Positions 50,351 to 61,676 of a stretch of DNA of 64,000 nt are shown here, in pieces. Within the stretch, counting starts at the first letter, position 1. Every line of letters starts with the position of its first letter. Below the pieces are notes generated by a model. That model had not been told where the DNA came from and made no database searches. It saw only the letters and a program-made list of their open reading frames with translations. This stretch comes from Orbicella franksi (Eukaryota), in contig OZ116711.1 in the NCBI GenBank assembly GCA_964199315.1, forward strand, positions 806,001-870,000, written 5' to 3'. A program made the position numbers and the translations under genes.

Positions 50351-53300
50351 ATGCTGTGGCAAACTTATGCGATAACTGTCCTGTTCAGCCTGCAATCATC
50401 AGGTAGGTTTAAAGAGCATGTTCTCGAGATCCCATTGACATTGCAAGCTGGGAAATGTAAACAATCGTGACTCGAAACTAAAAATACATTCCTGTCTTTG
50501 ACGACATTATTTGACACAGTTTCTGATAACAGGTTAAAATAATGACTGTAAGGGCAATAACTGAGCAAAAGACAGAGTGATCCTGGCCGTACTAGTGGTC
50601 GCATTTAACTGGAAAAAGACAATAGATACATCGTATAGTTTTAAAAGCAACGACCTTCCGAAAGTAGCGACCATTCGAAAAGACGCGCAAAAGTCTTAAG
50701 GTTTTTAGAAAATCTTGTAGGCGGATGTATCGACCCTCGTAAGTAATTTCTTCAAACGTGACTTCTTGTCAGAGAAAGAGGGACAACAGACAGAAGAAGC
50801 AGTTCAAAACTGATGTGACGTAAGTACAATTACGATGGGAATATATAATTTTTTAAAACTAGGTTCGATCTTTTCATCTCTCTACATAAAACAACCGAAG
50901 GAATGTTTCCTTTCACGAAGTATGGTATACGTTTTATAGCTAACCATTGTTGATTAAATGGCACCCTTACAGAAGCTTTTGGAAAAGGCTGGCAAATTAG
51001 AATTCTAACAAGGGTCGTGTTGTTTTGAAACTCTACGTTAAGATATGCGTACAGCATTCCGCATATCAATTTCGAAAGTATTCAAAGTTTATTACAGGAC
51101 TTCCTGAGCAGTTACTGAGCTTTGTTTTGCGAGGATCTTTTTGAGCCGGGCGGCCAAAATCAGCTAAGTTTTGAAGGAATAGCTCGAAAAGATGAATTTA
51201 AGCAGCCGAAGGAGAATTGAGAATGCAAAGGGCTTAATTTGTAGAAAGTTTACCCCAATAGAATCGAATCGAAGAATCCAATCGAATTAAAGTCAGCAAA
51301 GTAGAATGAAATGGAGTTTCTTCTCGACAATTTATGTCGACAAGACTGAGTTCTTCTGATAACTGATCTTGCTATACGGTAGGAATCATGCAAATTTGGC
51401 GGGATATTCTCGGAAAGTTATTTGACCTGGAGTAGTCAACCGGTGATCATTAGTACGACGGGTATGGAACATTTGTTTAGTCAAATTCAGTCAATCGAAC
51501 TCAGTCGCCCGAATCATCTTACATCGAACGGCTATCCACGTTTTTTGTGTATAATACAGGAATACGCAACGCAAGCGAGGAAAGGATTGTACTCTGTTAC
51601 CATATCTTTATCTGCTGATTACTGCACGCTCGCTGCATTCCCATACAAACTCTTATTATTCTTTCAATACAGGGGACATCACCAAAACAACTAGAAAGTC
51701 ATGATCATCATCTTTTAAAATGTCTTATGATAAAACATTCTACATAATTAAATGAAGTCTTAGCTAAGAATACATATAAATGATTGTTACACTTAAAAAG
51801 CTGTATTCTCAGACCATACTTATGGAACCATGTTAAGCTTCAGACAGTGAATTGATATCAATCACTATATTTTAATTTAATCCATAGAAAAGCTCGACAG
51901 AGATCTCCCGCCATTATATATGACCAACTGAAGCAGATATGTAAATGTATAAAATAGAAAGCTACAATAGCATTCTTCAAAATTCGATCTTCTTGAAACT
52001 TTTATCATTGAAAGTGGTTTTTTTTTCCTTAGCCTAACTATTTAGTCTTGATATAATGATAAAGATGTTTTAAACTTTTGTCGACTGTCCCTTGACCGTA
52101 CCATTACTTTACAGGGTCTGTTCAATGGCCAGCTGGAACATACGGAATACCCAAACCTAGAGCCGGGTGTCCTCAGGCTGATGGCTTTCGTTGGCAGACG
52201 GGATGGAGACTACAGGACACAAATTATTTTGACGATCGTAACAAATCAAACAACTCAAGGTCTCCGCAATTCCACATCGACGGAAAAGTAAAGAAAATTA
52301 CAGTTAATCGATCGTTTTGCATGAAAGAAAATACAACTGATGACAAGGATAGACCCGAGTGGCCACAAGGTTCGTCAAGTACTTTCTCCATTCCCGATTA
52401 TGCCTCCTGGCGTAGTTTATTAATTTAATGTTCAGCACGAAACCTTAATTTTACTCGGTGACTTCTAACGTGTCTAAAAGACACGTGTTGCATGCAGCTC
52501 GTGTCTTTTTAGACTCGCGGTATTCTTAGAGAATCTGACGTGTATACTCTCTTGAGTAGATGATTGAACTGTGCCATCATTGACCATCCACTGATACAGT
52601 GCCACACTAATGCAAAACGTTGTAAAACGTCAAGTTCCAAGAAGTTGAGAAATGACTCCAGCCTATTGGACATGAAAATTTTCCAATTTCAATTCCAACT
52701 CCAATTCAATTCTATATTTACACAATCATATCAGGGTGGAAAATTACCGAACAGCTCTCAAAACTCTCAACTTGATGGCCTTAACTCATATTTCTTTTGC
52801 CTTTAGTGTTGTGAATGTGTGGGTCACGATCACATCAAGTGATCAATTTCAAGGTAGCACATGAAGAATATCAGATACAGTGTTTCTGTGGTCATATGCA
52901 TATCTCTTACATGAATTTACCTGGAGCTAGTAGCCTCGTTTGTGAATTGAGTATATTGCCTGAGTAAAGGGGTTTTGTAGTACAAAATAAAAAAAGGGTT
53001 GCTACATTTTTTTCAACATCTCCTAAACAAAGTAGAAATCTATTCCATTCCCAGCAGGAGTAGTCATGTGGTAAGAAAGATTATGATTTGATTTTAATAA
53101 CCTTAACGGATTCAACCATTCCTTTTGCTAAAGCAACGTTGCTTTCAAAGAAAGTTTCTTATACTTTGCCGTGGGTCTTACCATAACATGGGCCAAACAC
53201 GTGTTAGAGTCAACCTCGCTCTACGAGATGCTGAACAGTCAAAGGAGTCTATATTTCGTAGACTTTAAGGCATGTTTGCTAATTGGAAAGATCAAACTAA

Positions 53301-56300
53301 AGAAGTGTTTACAAAATCGTCTATACATTTGCATTTTGCTGAACTTATTATTGCATGATAGCATGAAACACGACAAGACCTGGTCGTTCATTAAATCTAA
53401 CGCTCATTTCAGGGAAATACTGTATTTATAAAAAAGGCCCCTGTCCTGAAGGTTTGACATCAGGATGGGTCTTCTGGAATGACGACCAAGAACTCGATTC
53501 AAATAAAAAGGATGGTCTTCTTCCTGATGGCGATTACGGGGAATCTACGGAGATTGCGTTTTGTTGTAGAACAGACGGAGACAAAGACGATCCTGTCCTC
53601 CTTCCTTCTAAATCTCCATTTTTTCTGCTGGCTTACGAGTCCATGAAATGCCAGAAGGTGAAGGGGGCAGAAGCTAGTTTGGAGTGGATATATTATTCTA
53701 CAAGTGACCGGAACAACGACGACCAACGAAATGGCTCGTATCCTTACAACGCTGGCAAAATGCACCCCACCATTTATTACTGTTACTATCAGGGTGAGAA
53801 AACATGCAATGTAAATTAGAGCGAACATTTCGCCCAGCAGCTGAACTCTGAAATGCAAACTCGGACTGCGTGAAATTTCTCACCAACCCCAACACATACA
53901 TGACAATCATTTGACGAATTCAATTTTTGCTGGCAATGTAATTTTTACAGCTTATCAAGCCCAAGACCTCTCACTCCTTGTACCAATTACAGTAAGGACA
54001 CTTGAACTGTGAACACTTAACAGTTTTTTTGTACATTTTTTTGATGACCATGGAATAAAGCCTCTTCATATAATGTATAATGTTTGTATTTTTTTTAAAA
54101 GTGTAAAAACGCTAAATACTCTTGTTAGAAGGGAAGGCCCGCATTCTATGGTCACTAAAAATATGTTAAAAAAGTCGTAAGTGTTCACGGTTCGAGTGTC
54201 GTCACTGTAAAATTCCCAAATATGTAGGGGACGGCAATTTTCAAGGACAATCTCAAAGCAATTTGTTTTTATTTTCTAGGGCGTTAAAAAACCTGACAGA
54301 CGTCAGTGGCACTCTCAAGTCACTAAACTATACAAAACATTATCCGAATGGACAGTACTGCGAATTTTTCACCTTTTGTTACATAAAGAGTACTCACTAC
54401 ACATAAGTGTAAATTGTAGTAGTTATTGGAACCAAAAGGTAATTTAGTAGTAGGTTGAGACTCAGGGTGACATCTGCCGATGCTCATTGCAGAGGTAAAT
54501 ATTCGATCTGCCAGACATTGACAAATGAAGAATTTTCTATAGAGATTTCAATAATTGTCGAACAGCTGTGAGCATGTGTAACTTAGCTGTTGATTTCTTA
54601 GTAGTTGTTGTCGTTTTTCAGTGGGAACCGCGCAAAAGGAGTGCTTGGTGTGCCACTTTCTTTTGACTGCGCACATGGTACATAATAATGTCCATGGTGT
54701 TTATAGTGGTTCAATGTTTGATTATATGTAGTGTTTCAGTTCTACTGGAACTCAAACTCTCAAAATTTGTGCACAATTTCCTTGTTAAATTAACTTACTT
54801 TTCCGTTATATATAGCGGTTCCTACAAAAGCACAAACCTCGGAAGTGACTTCACCAGAAGACACATCATTACATGTCCTTACTTCCAAGACCTTTACGGC
54901 ACCAAAGGTGACATTATCGTCCACCGCAACATCGATAACAGAAACTTCGAAAGTGACTTTCTCGCTGGTTACTCCTGCCACGACTGCAAAAACCTTAATG
55001 GTGACGTCATCGTCCTCCACACGATCTTCGGAAATGGCGTCGTCCTCTTATGTTATTTCTATGACCCTGCAGTCTCCGGAAGTAACGCATTTATCTCCGA
55101 TTACTCCTGCAGCACATACGCTGATAAAAACGACACCCAGAGTTAAACCGTGGACATCAACAACTAAATTACCACCAAAGATAGGTAGAAAAAGCATGAT
55201 AAAACAGTTTTAGTACCCGACTTTTCGAACGTCTACTTTTTACAAGTACTGTACTAAAGGTTATGGTAGCGAGCCTCTTCTACTTTTTTTCTTGTTTGTA
55301 TAACATTAGACTTCGAGCTGTAGCTTGCTATAGATCAACAGATGGCGACGATGAGGCCCCGAGTCAACCAGGGAAGTGGAACAAAACAGAGAGCGAACAA
55401 CCTCATTATTTTAGCATAACTGGCCAGTGCCTCCGCCATTCTTTATCAGTCATAGGCCAAAGATAAAAATGATTTGTTTTTGCCGTTTAATTTTCTACCT
55501 TGAACAAATAGCTCATTAACAACTGCCCTCGAGCTTCTAGGGCCTTCTCCCAGTTGAACAGAGTAACTGCCTCCTTAGATTCTTAAAAAGGTACGTGACA
55601 TCAGACACGGTGTGTTCCATAGACTCGGTAAGCAGAGTCTACAGGACGCACCAGCTAGTTTACAGGTGCGCCAAGAAAAAAGAATAACAAACTAAAAGTG
55701 TATGTAAAATTTGGTTTGCTGCTTAGTGCAGTTGCCTGAAAGTCAAATTGGTACTGAGAAAGCAACTGAAACTGACAGGGGAAACATGATATACAGCAAC
55801 ATATTAAGGAAAATCAAAACGATAGATAACCCAAAACAATTCTTTTATTCCAGGATGCAACGAAACCCTAACTGCAGTCAATGGCACTTTCCAGTCATCA
55901 AACTATCCAAGAAATTATCCGGATGGACAGTACTGCTTCTGGAGAATCACGGTTATCACAGTACAACAAATCTACTTAATATTCTCAAGCTTTAGTTTGC
56001 AAAATGAAAATAACACAGACGTGCTGTTTGTGTATGATGGAGATAATGCGACGGGGAAGGCATGGAAAATGTTTTACGGAGGTCACCCTCCCCCAAAGGA
56101 AGGAATCTGCATCTCGTCAAATCAGATATTCGTGGTATTCAAATCAGACAAGGAGGGATCTTTCCACGGCTTCAGCGTTTCATATTATGGTGTTAATAAT
56201 TCGGGTAGGTGTTTTTGGGTCCTTTTAAGGCCCCTTCAAGGCCCTTTTAAAACTGGCATAAAATATGCGATTATCTATTAACTCTGATTGCTTTTGCGTA

Positions 56301-58579
56301 TATACAAAACATAAGAAGGCATGGCAATCGAAAAATCAATAGTCAAACACTACACTCTCTTATTATAGCTAAGTAGTTGGCATGCAAGTGATAACCTTTC
56401 ATATAAGTTAACACAATGAAAGTGACACCATCTTCCATGAAATTTAGAGTCCTGTGCCATTGCGGCCTCGCAGCCGTCAAAGGAAAGTGGAAAGAGGAAT
56501 GAAACAAAACAAACACAGAGGAAAGGTAAAACACTCAATTTTCCTCCGCTAAGATAATCATCTTCACTTCTCATGGCGATGATTCGATGGTAACTAGTGC
56601 ACCTGAAAGTCCAGGGGCACCCAACGACCGTTTTCTCTCTAATGCTGTTAGATGCTGTTTTAGGCTATCTGGAGTACTTTTAAAGCTCTGTAGGTTAATT
56701 TTAGGTTGCACTAAAAAAATTTTATCTGTTCGGATATTCTAGGGGAACTTGAGTATTCTCGAATTTATTAATGCTTTTTTGTCCATTTCCCGAAAACCTT
56801 AGGTCTTATCGCCTTTCCGAAAATGATAGCTGACCTTTTTTCGGTACTCAAAACGCCATTTTCAACAGTCCGAAAACAACAGACATTAAATTTCTTATAT
56901 CACGAAAGTCCGAGGTGCCAATTCTCTCAAGAAAATCAGAGGGGATTAAAGGCCTTCCGAACAGATAATTTACCGAAACGATCCGTTGGGTGCCCCTGAA
57001 AGTCTAAATCGAATCAAGACAGTCTCTATAACAGCGAGGAAAAGTTCACTGAGGCCATGAGTATAGATTAAGATTTCAGAAGTAACCCGAGGAAAATCAT
57101 AACGCTATGGGCAGCATAGTACATAATTGACACTTCCGGTCTGCTTTAAATGTCGATTCCATATTTATCGTACTCTCATTAACGTTATTATCCTTCTACA
57201 ATAGGAGACAAAAGTGTTGAGACACTGTAAAGTTCTGTTTTCGGCAGTCCTGGAAACAGTTTTTACCCTCGCCCCCCCTGAAGGATAAACTGCTACGCAG
57301 TCCCCATCACCTACATAACATTGAATTTGGGGGGAGGGGAGGAGGAGGGGGAGGGAGGGAGGAGGCGGAGGTGTCAAAGAATTATCGCTAGATGCCTTTA
57401 AGGGGATAAATACCGTAGAGTATCATTTCTTTAGTGTCCCAACCAGTTTTGTCGCTTATTGTAGTTATTCGGTCTGCTCTAAGTACCTTTAGTTTATAGT
57501 ATTTTCCTGTTTGCAGGTTTAAATGTGGTAGCTGTTATTGTTCCAGTGGTGTTAGCAATTCTTCTAGCTGCCCTGGTGGTAGCTGGAATCTGTTATATAA
57601 GGTAGGAGCATACAATGTATGAAATCAAAAACAGATCAAACAGTTTTAAAATTGGGATTCTCTTTTTATTTAAGGTTGTATAAATTGCAAGAAAAATCAG
57701 TATAAATCATAGTTTGCCATTTGTTTCCTAAAAAGATTACTGCATTTGTGAATTTGGTTGTTTCAGGAAAAGGAGAAAAAGAGTTGAAGGACCAGAAGAT
57801 GACATTTTACTTAGGTGATTTTACTACTTTTTAACAAAAAATAAAATAGTCATTTAAAATTCAGTTTTAATGTTTTTATATCTGTTTTAAACTCCTTTTT
57901 TAAATTTTAATCACGGGCACAGATCGCTCCAAAAGTTTTATCCTTTAAAGTAATTTACAGATCATTTTATTATTTAAGATTGTATAAAATGCAAGAAGAT
58001 CAAAAGCGAATCAGTGTCAATCGTAGTCCGCCATTTGTTTCCTAAAAATAAATACTGCATTTGTGAATTTGGTTGTTTCACGGAAATGAGAAAAAGAGTT
58101 CAAGGACCAGACGATGAAATTTTAAGGTGTTTTTATTACTTTTTTACCGAAGAAATAAAATAGTCCTTTAAAATAATTCACAGATTTGATATGATATTAT
58201 TTAAGATTGTATAAATTGCAAGAAGATCAAAAGCGAATCAGTGTCAATCATAGTTTGCCATTTGTTTCCTAAAACAATTACTGCATTTGTGAATTTGGTT
58301 GTTTCAGGAAAAGGAGAAAAAGAGTTGAAGGACAAGACGATGAAGTTTTAAGGTGTTTTTATTACTTTTTATTACAAAAAGTAAGAAAGTCCTTTTAAAG
58401 TAATTCACAGATTTGATATGATAGAGTAACAAAGTACGTTCTTTGAGCTCGTTCAGTCGCGTCACTGTCTTAATTCAAACAAACAACACCACCACTGTTG
58501 TTATTAAAACGTTTGCATCTTACTGCTTTTTAGGTTAATCTGCGAACCAACTGCGTCAGTTGGAGATACAGAATTATGA
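50351..58579 (+). CDS. Gene B: signal-ApeC-mucin-CUB-TM-tail receptor (528 aa; 543 aa if the third tail-exon copy is also used)
   Basis: Exons 50351-50402 (MLWQTYAITVLFSLQSS), 52115-52369, 53413-53793, 54816-55184, 55854-56204, 57517-57601 (TM GLNVVAVIVPVVLAILLAALVVAGICYIR), 57767-57814 and/or 58308-58352, 58534-58579. Open if the broken CUB exon near 54280 is skipped. Confidence 0.8.
54280..54361 (+). pseudogene. Remnant of the first CUB exon in gene B
   Basis: Aligns to A 35935-36015 with a 1-nt deletion and TAA. After ...GGACAGTACTGC it jumps to sequence matching the A intron near 36450, so most of the exon and its donor are deleted. Confidence 0.85.
56612..56998. mobile_element. MITE with CAGGGGCACCCAACG TIRs
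   Basis: Perfect 15-bp TIR; aaagtc duplicated at 56606-56611 and 56999-57004; empty site cctgaaagtctaa in unit A at ~38480. Confidence 0.85.
57690..58420 (+). repeat. Triplication of the first cytoplasmic exon and flanking intron in gene B
   Basis: Copies at 57767-57814, ~58083-58126 (acceptor broken, tttcacg) and 58308-58352. Confidence 0.9.
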
Positions 58580-58752
58580 CAAGTATGAAAGGTAATCAAA
58601 ACCCTCTTGCATTTTCCATTTCTAAAAAGTTCCAATTATTACAAGATTTGAAGACAATTGTTAGGCTATTAGATTGTCACCGTGTGGTTAGCTTGCGTGG
58701 CAGGCGTTCAAAGGAGATGGAAAACTAAAAGTGCAAAGCGAGATCAGAGGTT

Positions 58753-59012
58753 AAGTCTTCATACAAGCCAAGTGGCCCATCAGACCAGAGCTTATCCCAG
58801 TTTCAGTAGCATGACGCGATTAGGAGTATTTCGATTCTCCCCTGGATAGGATACTAGTCCATCGCGGGGTTAGCCCCCAGCATTACATTCGCCGGTACCC
58901 GGTGGAGAGAGGCACTGTGAGAGTAAAGTATCTTGCCAAGATGAGTCCGGCCATGGCTCGAACCCGGACCGCTCGATCCGAAGTCGAGCGCACTAACCAT
59001 AACGCCACCGCG
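58753..59012 (-). mobile_element. Same SINE family, near full length with a tRNA-like head
   Basis: Minus strand GCGGTGGCGTTATGGTT (A box)...GGTTCGAGCC (B box), followed by the shared body. Confidence 0.8.
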
Positions 59013-61117
59013 CCCCCCCCTTCCTCTCCCCCCCCCCCCAAAAAAACCCCCAAATTATCAGAACTACCACACAAATGCGTGAAACATCATCAGAGGAGAC
59101 GAGTATATGTGAAATACCTGGCGGTGGATATATATCCTATACGAGAACACATGCCATACATAGCTCGGTAATAACCAGTTATCGAAGTCTTGAAAGCGGT
59201 CAACCCTATATCGTTTCAGAACCATTTCTTATTAACAATAACATTAAATATTTGATCTCGAAACTATTTCAAAGAGTGGATTCGAAATTTTATCATTGTA
59301 AAAAATTGTTTTGGAAAATATTGCTTCTTCATGATTCAGTTAACTCTAGTGAGTATTTGTGTCCTAATTCAATTTTTGAACTTGAATTTAACATTATTAT
59401 TATCAACATATAGACGGATCTAAATGAGAGCACAGTATACTTCTTTTAGATTAGCGCGCTTAATTTTTCTGACCAAACTTAAACTTATTGTCAATATTTG
59501 CTCTTTCTTTGTCTTTTTGCAGCTCCGATTGGAAAAGGAAGCCTGGAGGGCAGAGTGCAAGTTCGCGAACTGATCGAAAAAACGTTTAGTTCCCATTTAG
59601 AGTTTTAGTGCTTGAAATGAAATAAACGGTAATTGCAACAGTTAGGAAAAGACATTGATTGAACAACGAAAAACCTAATCGGAAATAAAGGGTCTCATTG
59701 ACAAGACTGACAAGGATGCAAGTTGTTTAAATACTAATGATACCGTTTTAATCATGGTACATTTAGTCACAAACTGAATTTAATGAGGCCTTCACAATGG
59801 TTTCGTGTTCAGGGCATGTACGCCCCTATCACCCTGAGATAAATCAGCTACCAACAGAACTTTTTGCTAACAATGTATGTCCTCTACATGCGAAATACAG
59901 AGTTTTCTTTAACGGTGTAGAAACTGATTGTATTCCGTTGTACGCATTGCGCTGGTTTTCAAGACTGACAATTGCAACTTCTCACTTCTCAGCAAATATT
60001 TCAACATAGTTCATCACATTAGAATAAACATGGGCAGTTGTCTTTTTTACCTTAATGTGAAACAGTTTGAAACTGAAATAAAGTGGAACATATTTGAATT
60101 TCAATAATTTTTTGTCCTTCACGTCGTCCTGCTACACTCAAGGTTCCTTAAAAAATTCAAGGACTTTTCGAGAACATTCCAGAGCAAAATTCATTTTTTT
60201 CAACGACTCCATCGACTAGAAAAATGTCATTAGAATTTGACACTAGATGCTCAAGTAAAAAAGAGTTGATAATTAACTTGTACGTCCTGGTTTTACTCTT
60301 AAAATAGGAAAGAAAAAAACTCAGTTTAGTGGCATAAAAACTGTCCCTGCTTACAGACGATCCATTTTCCAAGTTGAGTGGCTCATAGTCATTTTGATTT
60401 AGTTCTTTCCCCACGTGGGCAATTTTTTTTTTTGTCAAGCTATTTGGCAGCTTGCTCTTTTTCCTTAAAATTTCATGGGTTTTTCAAGGGTCCAATGTAC
60501 TTTTCACGGAATTTCAAGACCTTAGATTTTTATTTTCAAATTCAAAGAACTTCAAGGTGCCTACCAACTCTGTTAATTTATTTTCCCTTTGACCGCAAAA
60601 AGTTAACTCTATCCTGGGCAGACGAGGAGGTGGGTACTAGGAACCTTGGTCCCTCATTAGTTTTCATCGCCTTGCGGTGCATGACTGTTTGCGCCATTTT
60701 TGGCGATACTGCTGGCAAGGCCGCACTACACAAGTGTTTTTGCTCTTTCTTCTTCTATCTCCCTATATTCAGATTACTCCGTAGGTAATACTACGGTTTG
60801 ACTTGGGCCGATTTTTGTCCCACCTTTACGGGGCCAAATCATAAGTGCATCATATACGGTAGCAACTTGAAAGAGGTGTTCATAAACAACTAAAGATAAA
60901 AATTGGTACCTGGCATTGGTGCCGCTTCCCATGCCAATGTTTGTATTCGAAATTTCCTTCCGACGTTTCTCTCTCCATACTGTGGTCATCTATCACGGAT
61001 AAGTGAACTATGAATGACATTTAACCGCATGTGTTTACATGCGTTTACACCGTCGTAGTCATTTCACGATGTTCTTTGCACAGGACGGTAATAAAGAAAT
61101 GTGCAGAGATACTGTAC

Positions 61118-61395
61118 GCGGTGTCCTCATGGATAGTGTGTTTGTCTCCGGATCGAAGGATCCGGGTTGGAGTCCTCGCCGTGGTCATTGTGTTGTGTTC
61201 TTGGGCAAGACACTTTACAAACCCTAACCCTAACCCCTAACCCTAACGAATTTAGTGCTGGGTATAACCCTGCGATGTACCAGCATCTTACATGTATCCA
61301 GGAATGAGTAGAAATACTCCTAGTCGCTTCATGCTACAGAAACCGGGATAAGCTCCGGCCTGATGGGCCACTTGGCTCGAATGCAAACTTTACCT
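61118..61395 (+). mobile_element. Same SINE family, copy carrying an internal (AACCCT)4.5 patch
   Basis: Shared head, body and tail; 61219-61246 is telomeric repeat. Confidence 0.8.
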
Positions 61396-61676
61396 CTATG
61401 TGGTTGCCATCGTGATTTGGTTATACGTACCCACTGTTTTTGCAATGTAGGCACGGCTTCGAGTTCGTTCACCGAAGATGTAGATTTATTACGGCAAGTC
61501 GTACTCTTCCATAGCTAAAAAAATCTCTTCAAGTTATTTCTAGGTAAAAAATTCCGAAGATTAACAAACTGTACATATTAATTACTGACTTTCACTATTT
61601 GCATAGCAAAAGTTTCCGAGAACCCAGTGAAACGGCATCGACATTTGGATTCTGTAAAGATCTTACAGTGAATGAG

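Larger units (their letters stand above)
31320..60210 (+). repeat. Head-to-tail segmental duplication: unit A ~31320-42400, unit B ~42440-60210 (interrupted by a LINE and AcademH)
   Basis: Non-coding matches: 31322 tccatagtgatacccc vs 42446 tccattgtgataccc; 31563 actggaccc vs 50191; 3' flanks ~41700-42370 vs ~59500-60210; several introns are also similar. Confidence 0.9.

Noticed and set aside
61219-61246. Chromosome end or fusion site
   Set aside because: It is only 28 bp in one orientation, with collinear SINE sequence on both sides.
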